A stretch of DNA of 64,000 nt from Armatimonadota bacterium. Lineage in GTDB: Bacteria > Armatimonadota > SYMT01. How positions within the stretch are numbered: position 1 is the stretch's first letter; each line of letters starts with the position of its first letter. The notes under the pieces were generated by a model. The model ran no database searches. It was given only the letters and a program-made list of their open reading frames with translations, and was not told where the DNA came from. The position numbers were made by a program, and so were the translations under genes. Location: positions 45,031 to 109,030 of the forward strand of contig JBKBRF010000023.1 of the NCBI GenBank assembly GCA_046292385.1, read 5' to 3'. Shown here in pieces: positions 9,983-19,603 of this stretch.

Positions 9983-12355
9983 ATGTTCCGATCTCTCCGA
10001 AACCTGATTCTCTTCTCCGTACTCGGAGCGCTGCTCTCGGCGGCAGCGCCCGCGGCGGCGCAGGGGTTGATCCTGCCCGACCGCCGCCTGCCGATCCCCA
10101 ACCCGAGGGCGGTCTCGGTGAAGTCGCAGCACATCACCATGCAGGTCAACAGCGGCGCGATGCGGGTGGAAGTCGAGCAGGTGTTCTACAACCCCAACCC
10201 GGTGCCGGTGGAGGGGACCTACCTCTTCCCGCTGCCGGAGGGTGCCGTGCCCTCCAACTTCCGGCTGCTGATCGATAAGGAGCCGGTCGACGGCAAGATC
10301 CTCACCACGCAGGAAGCGCGGCGGATCTACGAGGCGTACCTCCGGCAGAACATCGACCCGGCGATCCTGGAGTACGCCGGCCGCAACACCTTCCGGGCGC
10401 GGGTCTTCCCGATTGCCGCGGGCGGAGAGCGGCGGATCTGGATGGGCTACTCCCAGGCGCTGGAGTTCAACAACGGCATCTACCGCGCGGTCTACCCGCT
10501 CGATTCGGAGCGGGTGACGCAGGCGAGCGCGGGCGACGTCACCATCGACTGCACCATCCGCAGCCCGCAGCCGCTCAAGGCGGTTTACAGCCCCACGCAC
10601 GAGATCCACGTGAAGCGGGAGAGCGACCACCTGGCGCGGGTCACGTTCGAGGCGAAGGAGCTGCGCGCCAATCGGGACTTCGTGCTCTACTACACCACCT
10701 CGGAGAAGGCGTTCGGCGTGAACCTTCTCGCCCACCGGAAGGCGGGGCAGCCCGGGTACGCCATGCTGATGCTCGCCCCGAAGCGGGAGGTGGACTCTGC
10801 CGACGTCTTGCCGAAGGACGTCGTCTTCGTGGTCGACACCTCCGGCAGCATGCAGGGCGACAAGATCGAGCAGGCGCGCAAGGCGCTCCAGACCGTGGTC
10901 GGCGCGCTGAACGACAAGGACCGCTTCAACATCATCCGGTTCAGCAGCGACGTGGTGCCGTTCCGTGAGAGCGTGGTTCCCGCCAGCCCGGAGAACCGGG
11001 CCGCCGCGTCCGCCTTCGTGGACCAGATCAAGGCGGTGGGCGGCACCGCGATCGACGACGCGCTCCAGGCCGGCCTCGCTTCTCTGCCGAAGCCGGAAGA
11101 CCGCGTCGGCCGCGCGCCGTTCCTCGTCTTCGTGACCGACGGCCTGCCGACGATCGGCACGACCGACGTCGACCAGATCCTGAAGAACGCCGCGAAGGCA
11201 GCTCCGGCCGACCTGCGCCTCTTCTCGTTCGGGGTCGGCGCGGACGTGAACACGCTGCTGCTCGACCGCCTCGCCCGGGACAACCGCGGCGCGGCCGACT
11301 ACATCTCCCCGTCCGAGGACCTGGAGACGGAGATCGGCAGCTTCTACGCCAAGATCGCCAACCCGGTGCTCTCCAACGTGAAGGTCTCCGTCGAAGGCGC
11401 GAAGCTGACGGAGGTCTACCCCAGCAAGGTCCCGGACCTCTTCGCCGGCACGCAGCTTCTGCTGCTGGGCCGCTACGAGGGCAGCGGCAAGGGGAGCGTG
11501 GTGCTCACCGGCGAGGTGAACGGCAAGCCGCAGCGCTACAGCTTCCCGGTGGAGCTGCCGGAGCGGAACGCGGGCGAGGAGTTCATCCCCCGGCTCTGGG
11601 CCGGCCGCCGCATCGGCTTCCTGCTGGAAGAGATCCGCCTGAACGGCGAAAAGGAAGAGCTGAAGGACGAGGTGATCCGCCTGAGCAAGGAGTGGGGCAT
11701 CGTGACTCCCTACACGTCCTACCTGGTGGAAGAGCCTGGCGCGCTCGGCGCGGGATTCAGAACCCATTTCTCCATTGGTGGCGCAGAAGCTCTCGGTGGG
11801 GGTGTTGGCGGTGGCGGATTTGGCGGCGCGGCCGGCCGCCCCGGCGAGCGCGGTCCCGCGGGTCCGCCGGGACTTCCGGGGCCGGCCGGACCTCCCGGAG
11901 CCCGCGGCGCCACTCCGCCCGCGGCTTCCAAGCCCGAGGCGGAGCGGGTGCGACGCGAGACCGCGCAGACCCGGGCGCGGCAGCAGGTGGACGGCTACTT
12001 CAACCGCTCCACCGGCTGGAACGCCGTCGAGGCGAGCAAGCGGGTGCGGGAGCTGAAGGACCGGAGCGTGGCGGAAGGCGACGTGGAGGTCCGCCGCACG
12101 GTAGAGGGCCGCGCCTTCGAGCTCCAGGGCGAAGTGTGGCGGGACCGCACCCTCCCCGCCAAGGCGAAGCCGGTGGAAGTACAGTACGGCTCGGAAGCCT
12201 ATTTCCAGCTCCTGCGCGCCAAGCCGGAGTGGGCAAAGTTCCTGGCGCTCGGGCGGCAGGTCGCCTTCCGCACCGGCAAGACGGCCGCGGTGGTGATCGG
12301 CCCCAAGGGCAAGACGAAGCTCACCGAGGCCGAGCTGAAGGCGCTGGAGAAGTAA
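9983..12355 (+). CDS. Secreted VIT + vWA domain protein (inter-alpha-trypsin inhibitor-like) with short collagen-like insert
   Basis: Signal peptide; VIT motif EGTYLFPLP; MIDAS DTSGSM, GGT, TDG; PRLWA..RI and IVTPYTSYLV. Confidence 0.9.
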   Translation: MFRSLRNLILFSVLGALLSAAAPAAAQGLILPDRRLPIPNPRAVSVKSQHITMQVNSGAMRVEVEQVFYNPNPVPVEGTYLFPLPEGAVPSNFRLLIDKEPVDGKILTTQEARRIYEAYLRQNIDPAILEYAGRNTFRARVFPIAAGGERRIWMGYSQALEFNNGIYRAVYPLDSERVTQASAGDVTIDCTIRSPQPLKAVYSPTHEIHVKRESDHLARVTFEAKELRANRDFVLYYTTSEKAFGVNLLAHRKAGQPGYAMLMLAPKREVDSADVLPKDVVFVVDTSGSMQGDKIEQARKALQTVVGALNDKDRFNIIRFSSDVVPFRESVVPASPENRAAASAFVDQIKAVGGTAIDDALQAGLASLPKPEDRVGRAPFLVFVTDGLPTIGTTDVDQILKNAAKAAPADLRLFSFGVGADVNTLLLDRLARDNRGAADYISPSEDLETEIGSFYAKIANPVLSNVKVSVEGAKLTEVYPSKVPDLFAGTQLLLLGRYEGSGKGSVVLTGEVNGKPQRYSFPVELPERNAGEEFIPRLWAGRRIGFLLEEIRLNGEKEELKDEVIRLSKEWGIVTPYTSYLVEEPGALGAGFRTHFSIGGAEALGGGVGGGGFGGAAGRPGERGPAGPPGLPGPAGPPGARGATPPAASKPEAERVRRETAQTRARQQVDGYFNRSTGWNAVEASKRVRELKDRSVAEGDVEVRRTVEGRAFELQGEVWRDRTLPAKAKPVEVQYGSEAYFQLLRAKPEWAKFLALGRQVAFRTGKTAAVVIGPKGKTKLTEAELKALEK

Positions 12356-12388
12356 GGTAAGAGGTACGCTGGAGCGATTGGCCGCTTT

Positions 12389-12444
12389 CGCCTCGGACTA
12401 GAATCGAGGCTACACGGAGCGAAGCCCGCCTGCGCGGGCTCAGA
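12389..12444. repeat. REP-like double-hairpin element (family R1)
   Basis: CCTCGGACTAGAATCGAGG-CTAC-n-GAGCGAAGCCCGCCTGCGCGGGCT; 53/56 identical to the inverted copy at 13338-13393. Confidence 0.85.
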
Positions 12445-12540
12445 ACTCCACCGGTAAGCGTGTCAGTGACTTCCCGCAACCCCTTCAAGTGAGGGCGGGT
12501 CCGCGCGGACCCGCCCCCGCTTCTCCGGAGGCGTTTTACC

Positions 12541-13173
12541 GTGGCTACGCTCGAGCTAATGGTCGAGATTCGGAGGCTCGTGGACGATGGTTTTCCGCCC
12601 GCCGTTGAGTGCGCCTTCGCGGATGCCGCAGGCCGCGAGTGGCGGTTTATAGGGAAATGCATCGATTTCACCTCTGACATCCTCACTCTGGACAGTTCGT
12701 TTCCGCAGCCGGGATCGCTCGCCTGCGAACTGGTCTCGGTCCACGTCGATGATGAGGATCAGCCCCGGGTAGAGATTGACACCGCCTTTCCGTGGTACAC
12801 CGAGGCGGTAGATGGAGAGACTCGCTTCGTCGTCCGCCCTGAGCAGCTCGAGGGCCTTGAGGCCGCGGTAGACCAGCAGCGGCGCTGGCGTGAATACCTT
12901 GCCATTCACTCCGCTCTACTCGTGCGCGCCGGAGTGCCAGACGCCTTTCTGTCTCAACAAGGAGCGTTCGTCTCGGTGCTTTGCAATGGCTCATTGCCTG
13001 ATTGGAGCTGTCGAGTGGCGGATCTGTCGAGAGATCAGCAGGCGCAGCTCGAAGAGGCGGTGGTTCAGTATCTCTACGCTGGGCTGGAGCATATGGCGAT
13101 CCAGTTGTTCGACCGTGCTCGCGTTCGGGAGATCTTCCGCCGAGTTGATGAGCTGAAATCGCTTGAGAAGTAG
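12541..13173 (+). CDS. Hypothetical protein with visibly lower GC and atypical codon usage
   Basis: GGAGG upstream of GTG; 210 aa; many A/T-ending codons; bracketed by inverted R1 repeats. Confidence 0.65.
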   Translation: MATLELMVEIRRLVDDGFPPAVECAFADAAGREWRFIGKCIDFTSDILTLDSSFPQPGSLACELVSVHVDDEDQPRVEIDTAFPWYTEAVDGETRFVVRPEQLEGLEAAVDQQRRWREYLAIHSALLVRAGVPDAFLSQQGAFVSVLCNGSLPDWSCRVADLSRDQQAQLEEAVVQYLYAGLEHMAIQLFDRARVREIFRRVDELKSLEK

Positions 13174-13337
13174 ACGTCGCGGGGGCGGCGCTCGCGTTTA
13201 CCGGGTCATTGCCCCGCGTCCGAACCACTGAGGAGTTGCCAGGTGGGGTATCGGCAGAGCAAGTCGACCGCCCAGGACCAGGCTCCTGCGGACTAAGGTA
13301 CAAGAAGTAAGTAACACCAGCTTCTCGGTCCGCCGGG

Positions 13338-13393
13338 TCTGAGCCCGCGCAGGCGGGCTTCGCTCCCTGTAGCCTCGACTTTAGTCCGAGGCG
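13338..13393. repeat. REP-like element R1, inverted copy
   Basis: Contains GTAG-CCTCGACTTTAGTCCGAGG; reverse complement of 12389-12444. Confidence 0.85.
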
Positions 13394-13438
13394 CGAAGCC
13401 GGCAGTACTTCTTGCCTACCCCTTAATAGTGGTGAGGA

Positions 13439-14707
13439 TCAGCGCCGCAGTGTCAGCGTAATCCGGTCGAGGGCCAGGGCCTCGCCGGCGGGGGCGCGGA
13501 GCTCCAGCAGATGCCAGGCGGCGCTCTGGTCAGGCAGGAGCACGTCCCAGCCTCCGGAAGCCTCTCCCTTCGTCAGCGCCGCTCCATCCAGCGCGAGCGC
13601 GGTGTCTTTCGGCATGCGGCCCTCCGGCTGGATCTGCCAGCTCCCGCCGGGGAGCAGCAGCCGGTAGGTCGCGCGGCGGAAGCCGTTCTCCACCCGCTCC
13701 GTGCGCGACGGAACGAACGCGTCGGCGGCGACGGTGAGCCGCACCGGGTCGAGCTCCCGGAAGGCGCGCGCCACGTAGCCGGGCAGGTTGAGCGGCCGGG
13801 GGGTATCGAACCGGCGCCAGACCGCCCGCAGCGCGGAAGGCCCATAGATCGCCTCCAGCGCCAGCACCTGGCCGATGAACGAGTACATCCCCACGGCGTC
13901 GCCGCGCGCCAGGAGCGGCGTGCCGCCCGGATCGGCGGCGTCCGGCCCGCGCTCCAGGAACCGCTCCCGCAGCGGGGCGATCTGGTGGGTCACGTAGCCG
14001 GCGGCGTCGATCGGCTCGCCCCAGATCCCGCTCTGGCCGTTGTCTGCCAGCAGCCACTTGAGGTAGAGGCGCTCGCCCAGGTAGCCCTCTCCCCACTCCT
14101 CCGGCTCCGAGTAGGGACCGACCCGCGGCAGCACCAGGTGCGCGTACTCGTGGGCCAGCTCTCGCAGCCATTCCGCCGGGGCGCGCTCGGTGCGGATCGC
14201 GTGCAGGTAGATGTTGCCGCGATACTCCTCCCCGCTCGGCTCTCCGCCGCGGTGGAGCCAGATGCTGGTGTAGCGGGGGGCCGGCGGCGCGTAGGCGAGG
14301 TAGTCGACCGAAATCCAGTAGAGCCGCGCCATCACGGCGCCGACCTTCCGCGCCAGCGGCTCGTCTTCCGGGGTGAGGAAGTGGACCACGAACCGCCGCT
14401 CCCGCCGCTCGCCGGAGACGCACTCCACCTGCAGGCGGTGCGGATAGTGGACGTTCAGCTTCGGGTCGCGGGCCGGGCCGTAGTCGTAGTCCCGTCCGAG
14501 CTCGCGGGAGACGTAGGTGAGCCAGCCCCGCTTCGGCGGCTTCGGCAGCAGCCGCGGATCGGAATAGACGAGCGAGCCCTCCTCCGAGATGCCGGCCTGC
14601 ACACCGGTCCGCGCCTGCGCATCTCCCCGCCGGGAGATCGCCGTGGTCAGTCCGATTCCGAGCGCGCGCCGCAGCAGCGTGCGGCGTTTCCAGGCATTCC
14701 CCACCAT
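13439..14707 (-). CDS. Putative Tat-exported zinc metallopeptidase-like protein
   Basis: KRRTLL twin-arginine-like signal; ELAHEYAH (HExxH) followed by W.EG; start uncertain (14707 or 14767). Confidence 0.6.
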   Translation of the reverse strand: MVGNAWKRRTLLRRALGIGLTTAISRRGDAQARTGVQAGISEEGSLVYSDPRLLPKPPKRGWLTYVSRELGRDYDYGPARDPKLNVHYPHRLQVECVSGERRERRFVVHFLTPEDEPLARKVGAVMARLYWISVDYLAYAPPAPRYTSIWLHRGGEPSGEEYRGNIYLHAIRTERAPAEWLRELAHEYAHLVLPRVGPYSEPEEWGEGYLGERLYLKWLLADNGQSGIWGEPIDAAGYVTHQIAPLRERFLERGPDAADPGGTPLLARGDAVGMYSFIGQVLALEAIYGPSALRAVWRRFDTPRPLNLPGYVARAFRELDPVRLTVAADAFVPSRTERVENGFRRATYRLLLPGGSWQIQPEGRMPKDTALALDGAALTKGEASGGWDVLLPDQSAAWHLLELRAPAGEALALDRITLTLRR

Positions 14708-15015
14708 GGGCGGCGTCCGTTCCTTCCGTGCGACCCGCGATCGAGTCCCCTCCAAGATATCGGTCACCTGGCGCTTGCTACGTTGGGAATCCGTTGGATC
14801 GATTCGAATCTGCGGCTCTACGGGAGGGAAATACGCAAGCTACCCACCAACTGCGTCATTGAAACCCAATAACGCCGGGGCGTCTTCCCCGCTAAAGCTA
14901 AGACAGCTTGCTACCGACATCCATGGGTAAGCAAGTCGCTCACTACGCCGGTGCCCGGACCCCCAGCCGGAGCCACCGCAAGTAATCAATTCACACGCTA
15001 CGCAGGAGTTCGCGC

Positions 15016-15645
15016 ATGCGTTTTGCCGTCCACTACGGTTGCTACCTCGCCATCGGAGGGGCCGCTCTCGCCCTTACCGCCGTCCCGTCGGTCTTCGCCG
15101 AGGAGATGGTGCCGCCGGCCCCGGTCCAGGCCCCGGCCGTCCCGACCCCCAGCACCGCCAAGGCGCTCCCGGCGGCGCAGGGAGAGGTTCTTCCCACTCC
15201 GGAAGAAGTCCGCTTCGTGGAGCTGGCGAACCAGGAGCGAGCCCGCCGCGGCCTCGGAAAGCTAACGATCGATCCGCTGCTGATCCGGATCGCTCGGAAG
15301 CACAGCCAGGAGATGATGGAGAAGGACTACTTCAGCCACACCTCCCCCACCCGTGGCAGCGAGACGCCGCTGGACCGGTACCGGGTAGCAGTGCCGACCC
15401 CTCCGAACGACTACGCCTGCGTGGGCGAGAACCTCTACTACTGCACCGTGGTCGACGTGCAGCGCGGGCACTCCGCCTTCATGACCAGCCCCAAGCACCG
15501 GGAGAACGTGCTCTTCCCGCGCTTCGAGAAGATCGGCGTGGGGATCATCACGGATCAGCACGGCAAGTTCTGGGTGACGCAGATGTTCCTGACGAACACG
15601 CCCCCGGAAGTGGTAGCGAAGAACCGCAAGGTCTCCAAGCGTTAA
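15016..15645 (+). CDS. CAP/SCP (YkwD-like) domain secreted protein
   Basis: N.ER, AR.HS..M, YFSH, GEN, SPKHREN, IGVG and TQ.F motifs; AGGAG RBS. Confidence 0.9.
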   Translation: MRFAVHYGCYLAIGGAALALTAVPSVFAEEMVPPAPVQAPAVPTPSTAKALPAAQGEVLPTPEEVRFVELANQERARRGLGKLTIDPLLIRIARKHSQEMMEKDYFSHTSPTRGSETPLDRYRVAVPTPPNDYACVGENLYYCTVVDVQRGHSAFMTSPKHRENVLFPRFEKIGVGIITDQHGKFWVTQMFLTNTPPEVVAKNRKVSKR

Positions 15646-15728
15646 CCGCTCGACATCTGTCGAATCCGAGCGCGGGAAGGCAGCAACCGGAGGGGACACT
15701 GGGTAAAGGCAACTCCTGGCGAGATCGT

Positions 15729-16008
15729 CATCTCACCGGGGTTCCACCCCCCGCCCTCCCCGAACGGAGCGGCCCTCCCGCGTGATCGGCCCTCCCGCAG
15801 TCCTTTCACGCTCCGGCTTCGCCTTCGCTAGCGGACTGCTCCGGGCGTGCGCCCCGGCAGGCCGCGCTCCGCGACCGAGAGCTGCGTCGCAAACCGTCAC
15901 TGCGAATCACGGGCCGCGCCGTCCGGCTCAAGCGAGGCCCCCGCGCTTGGGGCCTCACAAGGGGACCCCTCCGCCTCCGCCTCCGGGCTCCGCAGGTACC
16001 CACGCGCG
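15729..16008. repeat. About 300-nt structured dispersed repeat, copy B
   Basis: Aligns along its length with the reverse complement of 24783-25068 and with 63568-63772. Confidence 0.85.
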
Positions 16009-16061
16009 GCGACCGCGGCGCAATCATCGCGTGACGAGTAGAGTCCCCCGGCAGGGAATAC

Positions 16062-16099
16062 AAAACGGCCCCGGATCGCAGCTCTCGATCCGGGGCCGT
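16062..16099 (-). terminator. Likely intrinsic terminator of the Gfo/Idh/MocA gene
   Basis: 14-bp stem 16065-16078 / 16086-16099 followed by a short T run on the minus strand. Confidence 0.6.
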
Positions 16100-16119
16100 G
16101 CTGTCGGTTCGGGAGCTCC

Positions 16120-16192
16120 AGGTTAGCAAGTTGCGGGTTCCGAACCCCGCCTATCGTGGAGCCAACCTGTAACCTGCCAACTTGCTAACCTG
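16120..16192. repeat. AACCTG(C/T) tandem repeats around a CGAACCCCGCC core
   Basis: Homologous to the reverse complement of 61794-61881. Confidence 0.65.
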
Positions 16193-16218
16193 GAACAAGC
16201 ATCTCCGGCCGGTGCGAG

Positions 16219-17169
16219 CTAGCCCACTCCGTTGCCGTAAGCCTGGTAGACCACCTCGACGGCGCGGACCCCGTCCTCCGCGGTCACGCGCGGCTGCGCC
16301 TCGCCCCGGATCACGGCGGCGAAGTGGCGGAGCTCCTCCACGAAGCGGCTGCGGGAGTCGGTCTCGATCGCGGTCCAATCGGCGTCTTCCGCGAGACGGA
16401 AGCGGGTGGCGCCGGTATCGTAGTCGATCACCGCGGCGCCGTGCTCGCCGTAGAGCTCCACCACGTTGGCGGACCATGGGGAGACCCAGCTCGCCTCGAT
16501 GACGCCGATGGCGCCGTCCACGCCGCGGAGCAGCATCGCGGCGCTGTCCTCCACTTCTCGGATCTCCGGATGGAAGCTCTGGGTAGCGCCCGCCGCCGTA
16601 GAGACCTCGCCCACCAGGTAGCGGAAGAGGTCGACGCTGTGGATCGCCGTGTCCATCAGCGCTCCGCCCCCCGCCATCTCCTGCCGGCTGAACCACTTGC
16701 TCTCCATGCCCTTCAGGAGTCCGCCGAAGCGGTTGCGGAACATCAGGATCCGCCCGAGCCGACCCTCCCGGATGAGGTCGCGCACCGCCTCGACCGGGGG
16801 GTGGAAGCGGTGGCAGAACGCCGTCATCAGCAGCACGCCGGCGTCGCTCGCCGCGCGCGCCATCTCCCGCGCTTCCTCCGGGCTGCGGGCCAGCGGCTTC
16901 TCGCACAGCACCGGCAGCCCGGCGGCGATCGCCGCCCGCGCGGCAGAGGCGTGGAACCGGGGCGGCGTGCAGATATCGACGGCGTCGAGCTGCTCCGCCG
17001 CCAGCATCTCCTCGATGCCGGGGTAGGCGGCCGCGCCCGCCGCCTCGGCGCGGGCCTGGTCCGGGTCGCACGCGGCAACCACCCGCGTGGCCTCCACCTG
17101 GGCCCACGACCGCAGGTGCACGGCGCCGATCCCGCCGCATCCCACCACTCCAATTCGCAGTTCACTCAT
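16219..17169 (-). CDS. Gfo/Idh/MocA family oxidoreductase
   Basis: GVVGCGGIG, CEKPLA and GGGALMDTAIHSVD motifs; start ATG 17169. Confidence 0.92.
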   Translation of the reverse strand: MSELRIGVVGCGGIGAVHLRSWAQVEATRVVAACDPDQARAEAAGAAAYPGIEEMLAAEQLDAVDICTPPRFHASAARAAIAAGLPVLCEKPLARSPEEAREMARAASDAGVLLMTAFCHRFHPPVEAVRDLIREGRLGRILMFRNRFGGLLKGMESKWFSRQEMAGGGALMDTAIHSVDLFRYLVGEVSTAAGATQSFHPEIREVEDSAAMLLRGVDGAIGVIEASWVSPWSANVVELYGEHGAAVIDYDTGATRFRLAEDADWTAIETDSRSRFVEELRHFAAVIRGEAQPRVTAEDGVRAVEVVYQAYGNGVG

Positions 17170-17348
17170 AGTGAGCAATTGTCTCACGACCGCCTGCACC
17201 TCCGGCAGTGAGCCGGACTGCGTTCTCTCCAGCGTTCAGTGAAACGGAGCGCTCCCGGAGGCGTCTCGATGAGAGGCACGGCGCCTCCTCGCAGGTGACG
17301 GGAGAACCAGGGAGGCCACTGCGCCCCGGTACGAGCCAGGTACGACGA

Positions 17349-17654
17349 ATGGCTGCCCACTTCAGAGATGCGGCGATGCTGCTGGTGATGACCGGGATTC
17401 TCGCCTACTTCGCGGGCGGATTCGTGGCGGGCGTCGTCTGGTGCCGCGACTGCCACGGGCTGATTGGCAATACGCTCGGGCGGCTCTTCATCGGGATCGT
17501 GATGGCGGTCCTCTCCGCTCTCTCCGGCGGCTTTCCACCTCAGAACGAGGCGGGAGTCGGCGAGCCCCGCAACGCCTGGCCGTTCATCCTCGGCTGCTGG
17601 GCCGTCTTCTTCGTCGGCTCCTTCCTCTGGCTCCGCCGCCAGCGGGGATCGTGA
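17349..17654 (+). CDS. Small membrane protein with CxxC (CRDC)
   Basis: Three hydrophobic segments; GTGA overlap with the next gene; start uncertain. Confidence 0.55.
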   Translation: MAAHFRDAAMLLVMTGILAYFAGGFVAGVVWCRDCHGLIGNTLGRLFIGIVMAVLSALSGGFPPQNEAGVGEPRNAWPFILGCWAVFFVGSFLWLRRQRGS

Positions 17655-18628
17655 ACGCGCTTCGCTCCGCTGACCGCTCGATCGTCATCCGCCACATGTT
17701 CACGCGGCGCGAGTTAGCACGGGTCGACGCTCCGACGCTGCGTGGTGCGGAGCTTCGCGGCCAGAGCCTGCGGCGGGCGAACCTGCGCGGCCACTCCCCT
17801 CTCGGGGCGCTGTGGGTCTTCTGCACGTTCGGACCGGCGCTGTGGGCGATGCTCACGCTGCGAACGGAATTGCTCCCGTCAGGAGCCGGGACGAGTCCGG
17901 TGGAGAGGGCTGTCGTGAGCGCGGTTCCGGCTGCGTTCGCGGCTTTGCTCACCTTGATTACGCCTTCCATCGCCCGGCCCGTGATCTGGACCACGGCGGC
18001 AATTCTCCTCGGCTTCGTGGGCGGGGTGCTGGCCATCGCGGCCGGAGTGAGCCTCGGTGGGTGGGCGTGGCTGCCTGCTCTAATCTGCTGCGGCGGGTGC
18101 GCCTGGATCTTGCTGCGGACGCCCAAATGGTGGTGGTATTCCGGCTTCGACCGGCTCTGCGACCTGCGTGAAGCCGATCTGCGCGAGGCGGACCTCACCC
18201 GCGCGAACCTGGCGCGGGCTAACATGGCGCACGCCCGTCTGGATGATGCGACCCTCTCTCGTGCCAGCCTCTACAGCACAGCACTGGACGGAACCTGTCT
18301 TCGACGCTGCCTGCTGGAGGGCGCGGACCTGTCGCTGGGCCGGATCGACAACAGCGACCTGCGCCAGGCCTCATTGCGTAGGGCGCAGGCCTACCATCTC
18401 CGCCTCCGGCACTCGGATCTCGGCGGCTGTGATCTCACCGGCGCCATCCTGCGGGACGCTCGGCTGGAGGAAGTGGATCTCCGCGACGCGGTGCTCGATG
18501 GGGCGGATCTCCGCGGCTGCCGGCTGGAGCGGGTCCGGTTGGAGGGGGCGCGGTACTCTTCGAAGACGCGCTTCCCGCAAGGGTTCGACCCGGCGGCGGC
18601 CGGGATGCGCCTCTCCCACGCCGGCTGA
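17651..18628 (+). CDS. Pentapeptide-repeat protein with internal transmembrane block
   Basis: A(D/N)LxxA repeats on both sides of about four hydrophobic helices; C-terminal T.FP.GFDP motif. Confidence 0.8.
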   Translation: MNALRSADRSIVIRHMFTRRELARVDAPTLRGAELRGQSLRRANLRGHSPLGALWVFCTFGPALWAMLTLRTELLPSGAGTSPVERAVVSAVPAAFAALLTLITPSIARPVIWTTAAILLGFVGGVLAIAAGVSLGGWAWLPALICCGGCAWILLRTPKWWWYSGFDRLCDLREADLREADLTRANLARANMAHARLDDATLSRASLYSTALDGTCLRRCLLEGADLSLGRIDNSDLRQASLRRAQAYHLRLRHSDLGGCDLTGAILRDARLEEVDLRDAVLDGADLRGCRLERVRLEGARYSSKTRFPQGFDPAAAGMRLSHAG

Positions 18629-18834
18629 GGGAGCTGCCGTCTGCGGCTCGGCACTCCCCCCCCGCGCCATCCAAAGTTCATCCTCCGGTTACCTCGGGTT
18701 AACCGGCGCTTAATGAGGCGCGGTTACGCTAACCCTGCGACGCATTCAGGGGCCGAGGTTGGTTTCTCGGCCCAACGCTCCAACGGCGGAGCTCCGGATC
18801 CTCACTGGATCTCCGGAGCGTCCGCCGATTTTTT

Positions 18835-19440
18835 TTGTTGGAGGCAAACGTGCAGTCAGTACGGTGCTGGGATTCGTTGGCGGGGAAGCGGGTCACATCG
18901 TCCCGGTGGACGCTCTGCGTGGCCGCGGTGGCGCTGCTGGGGGCTGTCGCCGCGGCGCCGGTGCGAGTTGGCGTAACCGTGGGCCATTCGATGGAGCCGG
19001 TGCTCCGGCCGGGCCAGCCGTTCCTCTTCGTCAGGCGGGACGGCGCAGCGGAGCCGGTCACACGCGGAGAGGTGGTGCTCCTTCGTTTGAACGGCCAGAC
19101 GTGCGTCAAGCGGATCTTCGCCGTGGGCGGCGACCAATTCCTGAGCGTGCAGGCGGACAAGTATCCATACCGCGGGACGCCGCTGCAGCTTGGGGAGTCG
19201 GCCCGGCGCTGGAAGCTGCGGTTTCCGCATCTCAGCATGAAGCGCGTGCGCGTGCCGCGTGGTACCGTCTACGTCCTGGGAGACGGCGCATGGTCGCGCG
19301 ACAGCCGGGACGTCGGCCCGATCCCGGTTTCGGACGTCCTGGGCAGGGTCCTGCTGCCGGGCGGGCAGGGCTCCGACCTCTGCCCCAACGCCCAGGCGCT
19401 GCGCGATCTGCCGCCGAAGCCGAGTCCGCATCGCTCCTGA
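18835..19440 (+). CDS. Signal peptidase I (S26 family)
   Basis: GHSMEP (Ser), VKRI (Lys) and LGD...SRDSR motifs; start uncertain. Confidence 0.8.
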   Translation: MLEANVQSVRCWDSLAGKRVTSSRWTLCVAAVALLGAVAAAPVRVGVTVGHSMEPVLRPGQPFLFVRRDGAAEPVTRGEVVLLRLNGQTCVKRIFAVGGDQFLSVQADKYPYRGTPLQLGESARRWKLRFPHLSMKRVRVPRGTVYVLGDGAWSRDSRDVGPIPVSDVLGRVLLPGGQGSDLCPNAQALRDLPPKPSPHRS

Positions 19441-19603
19441 GCCGTCCGCGCCGGAGGAGAGCCGCGCGCGGCCGACCAAACTGGGGAAGGAGGCCGCCGG
19501 GCTCGGGTCCGGTTGGCCGCTTCCCTTTAGAGCCTATCCGAACAGGCCTGCCTGGCTGCGGCCAAGCCTGTCCCGGATCGGCTCTTAATTTGCGCAGAGA
19601 AGA

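Noticed and set aside
15690..15740. c-di-GMP-I riboswitch-like AAAGGCAACTCC
   Set aside because: The following GAAA tetraloop and GCAAAG elements are missing, and it is not upstream of a gene.
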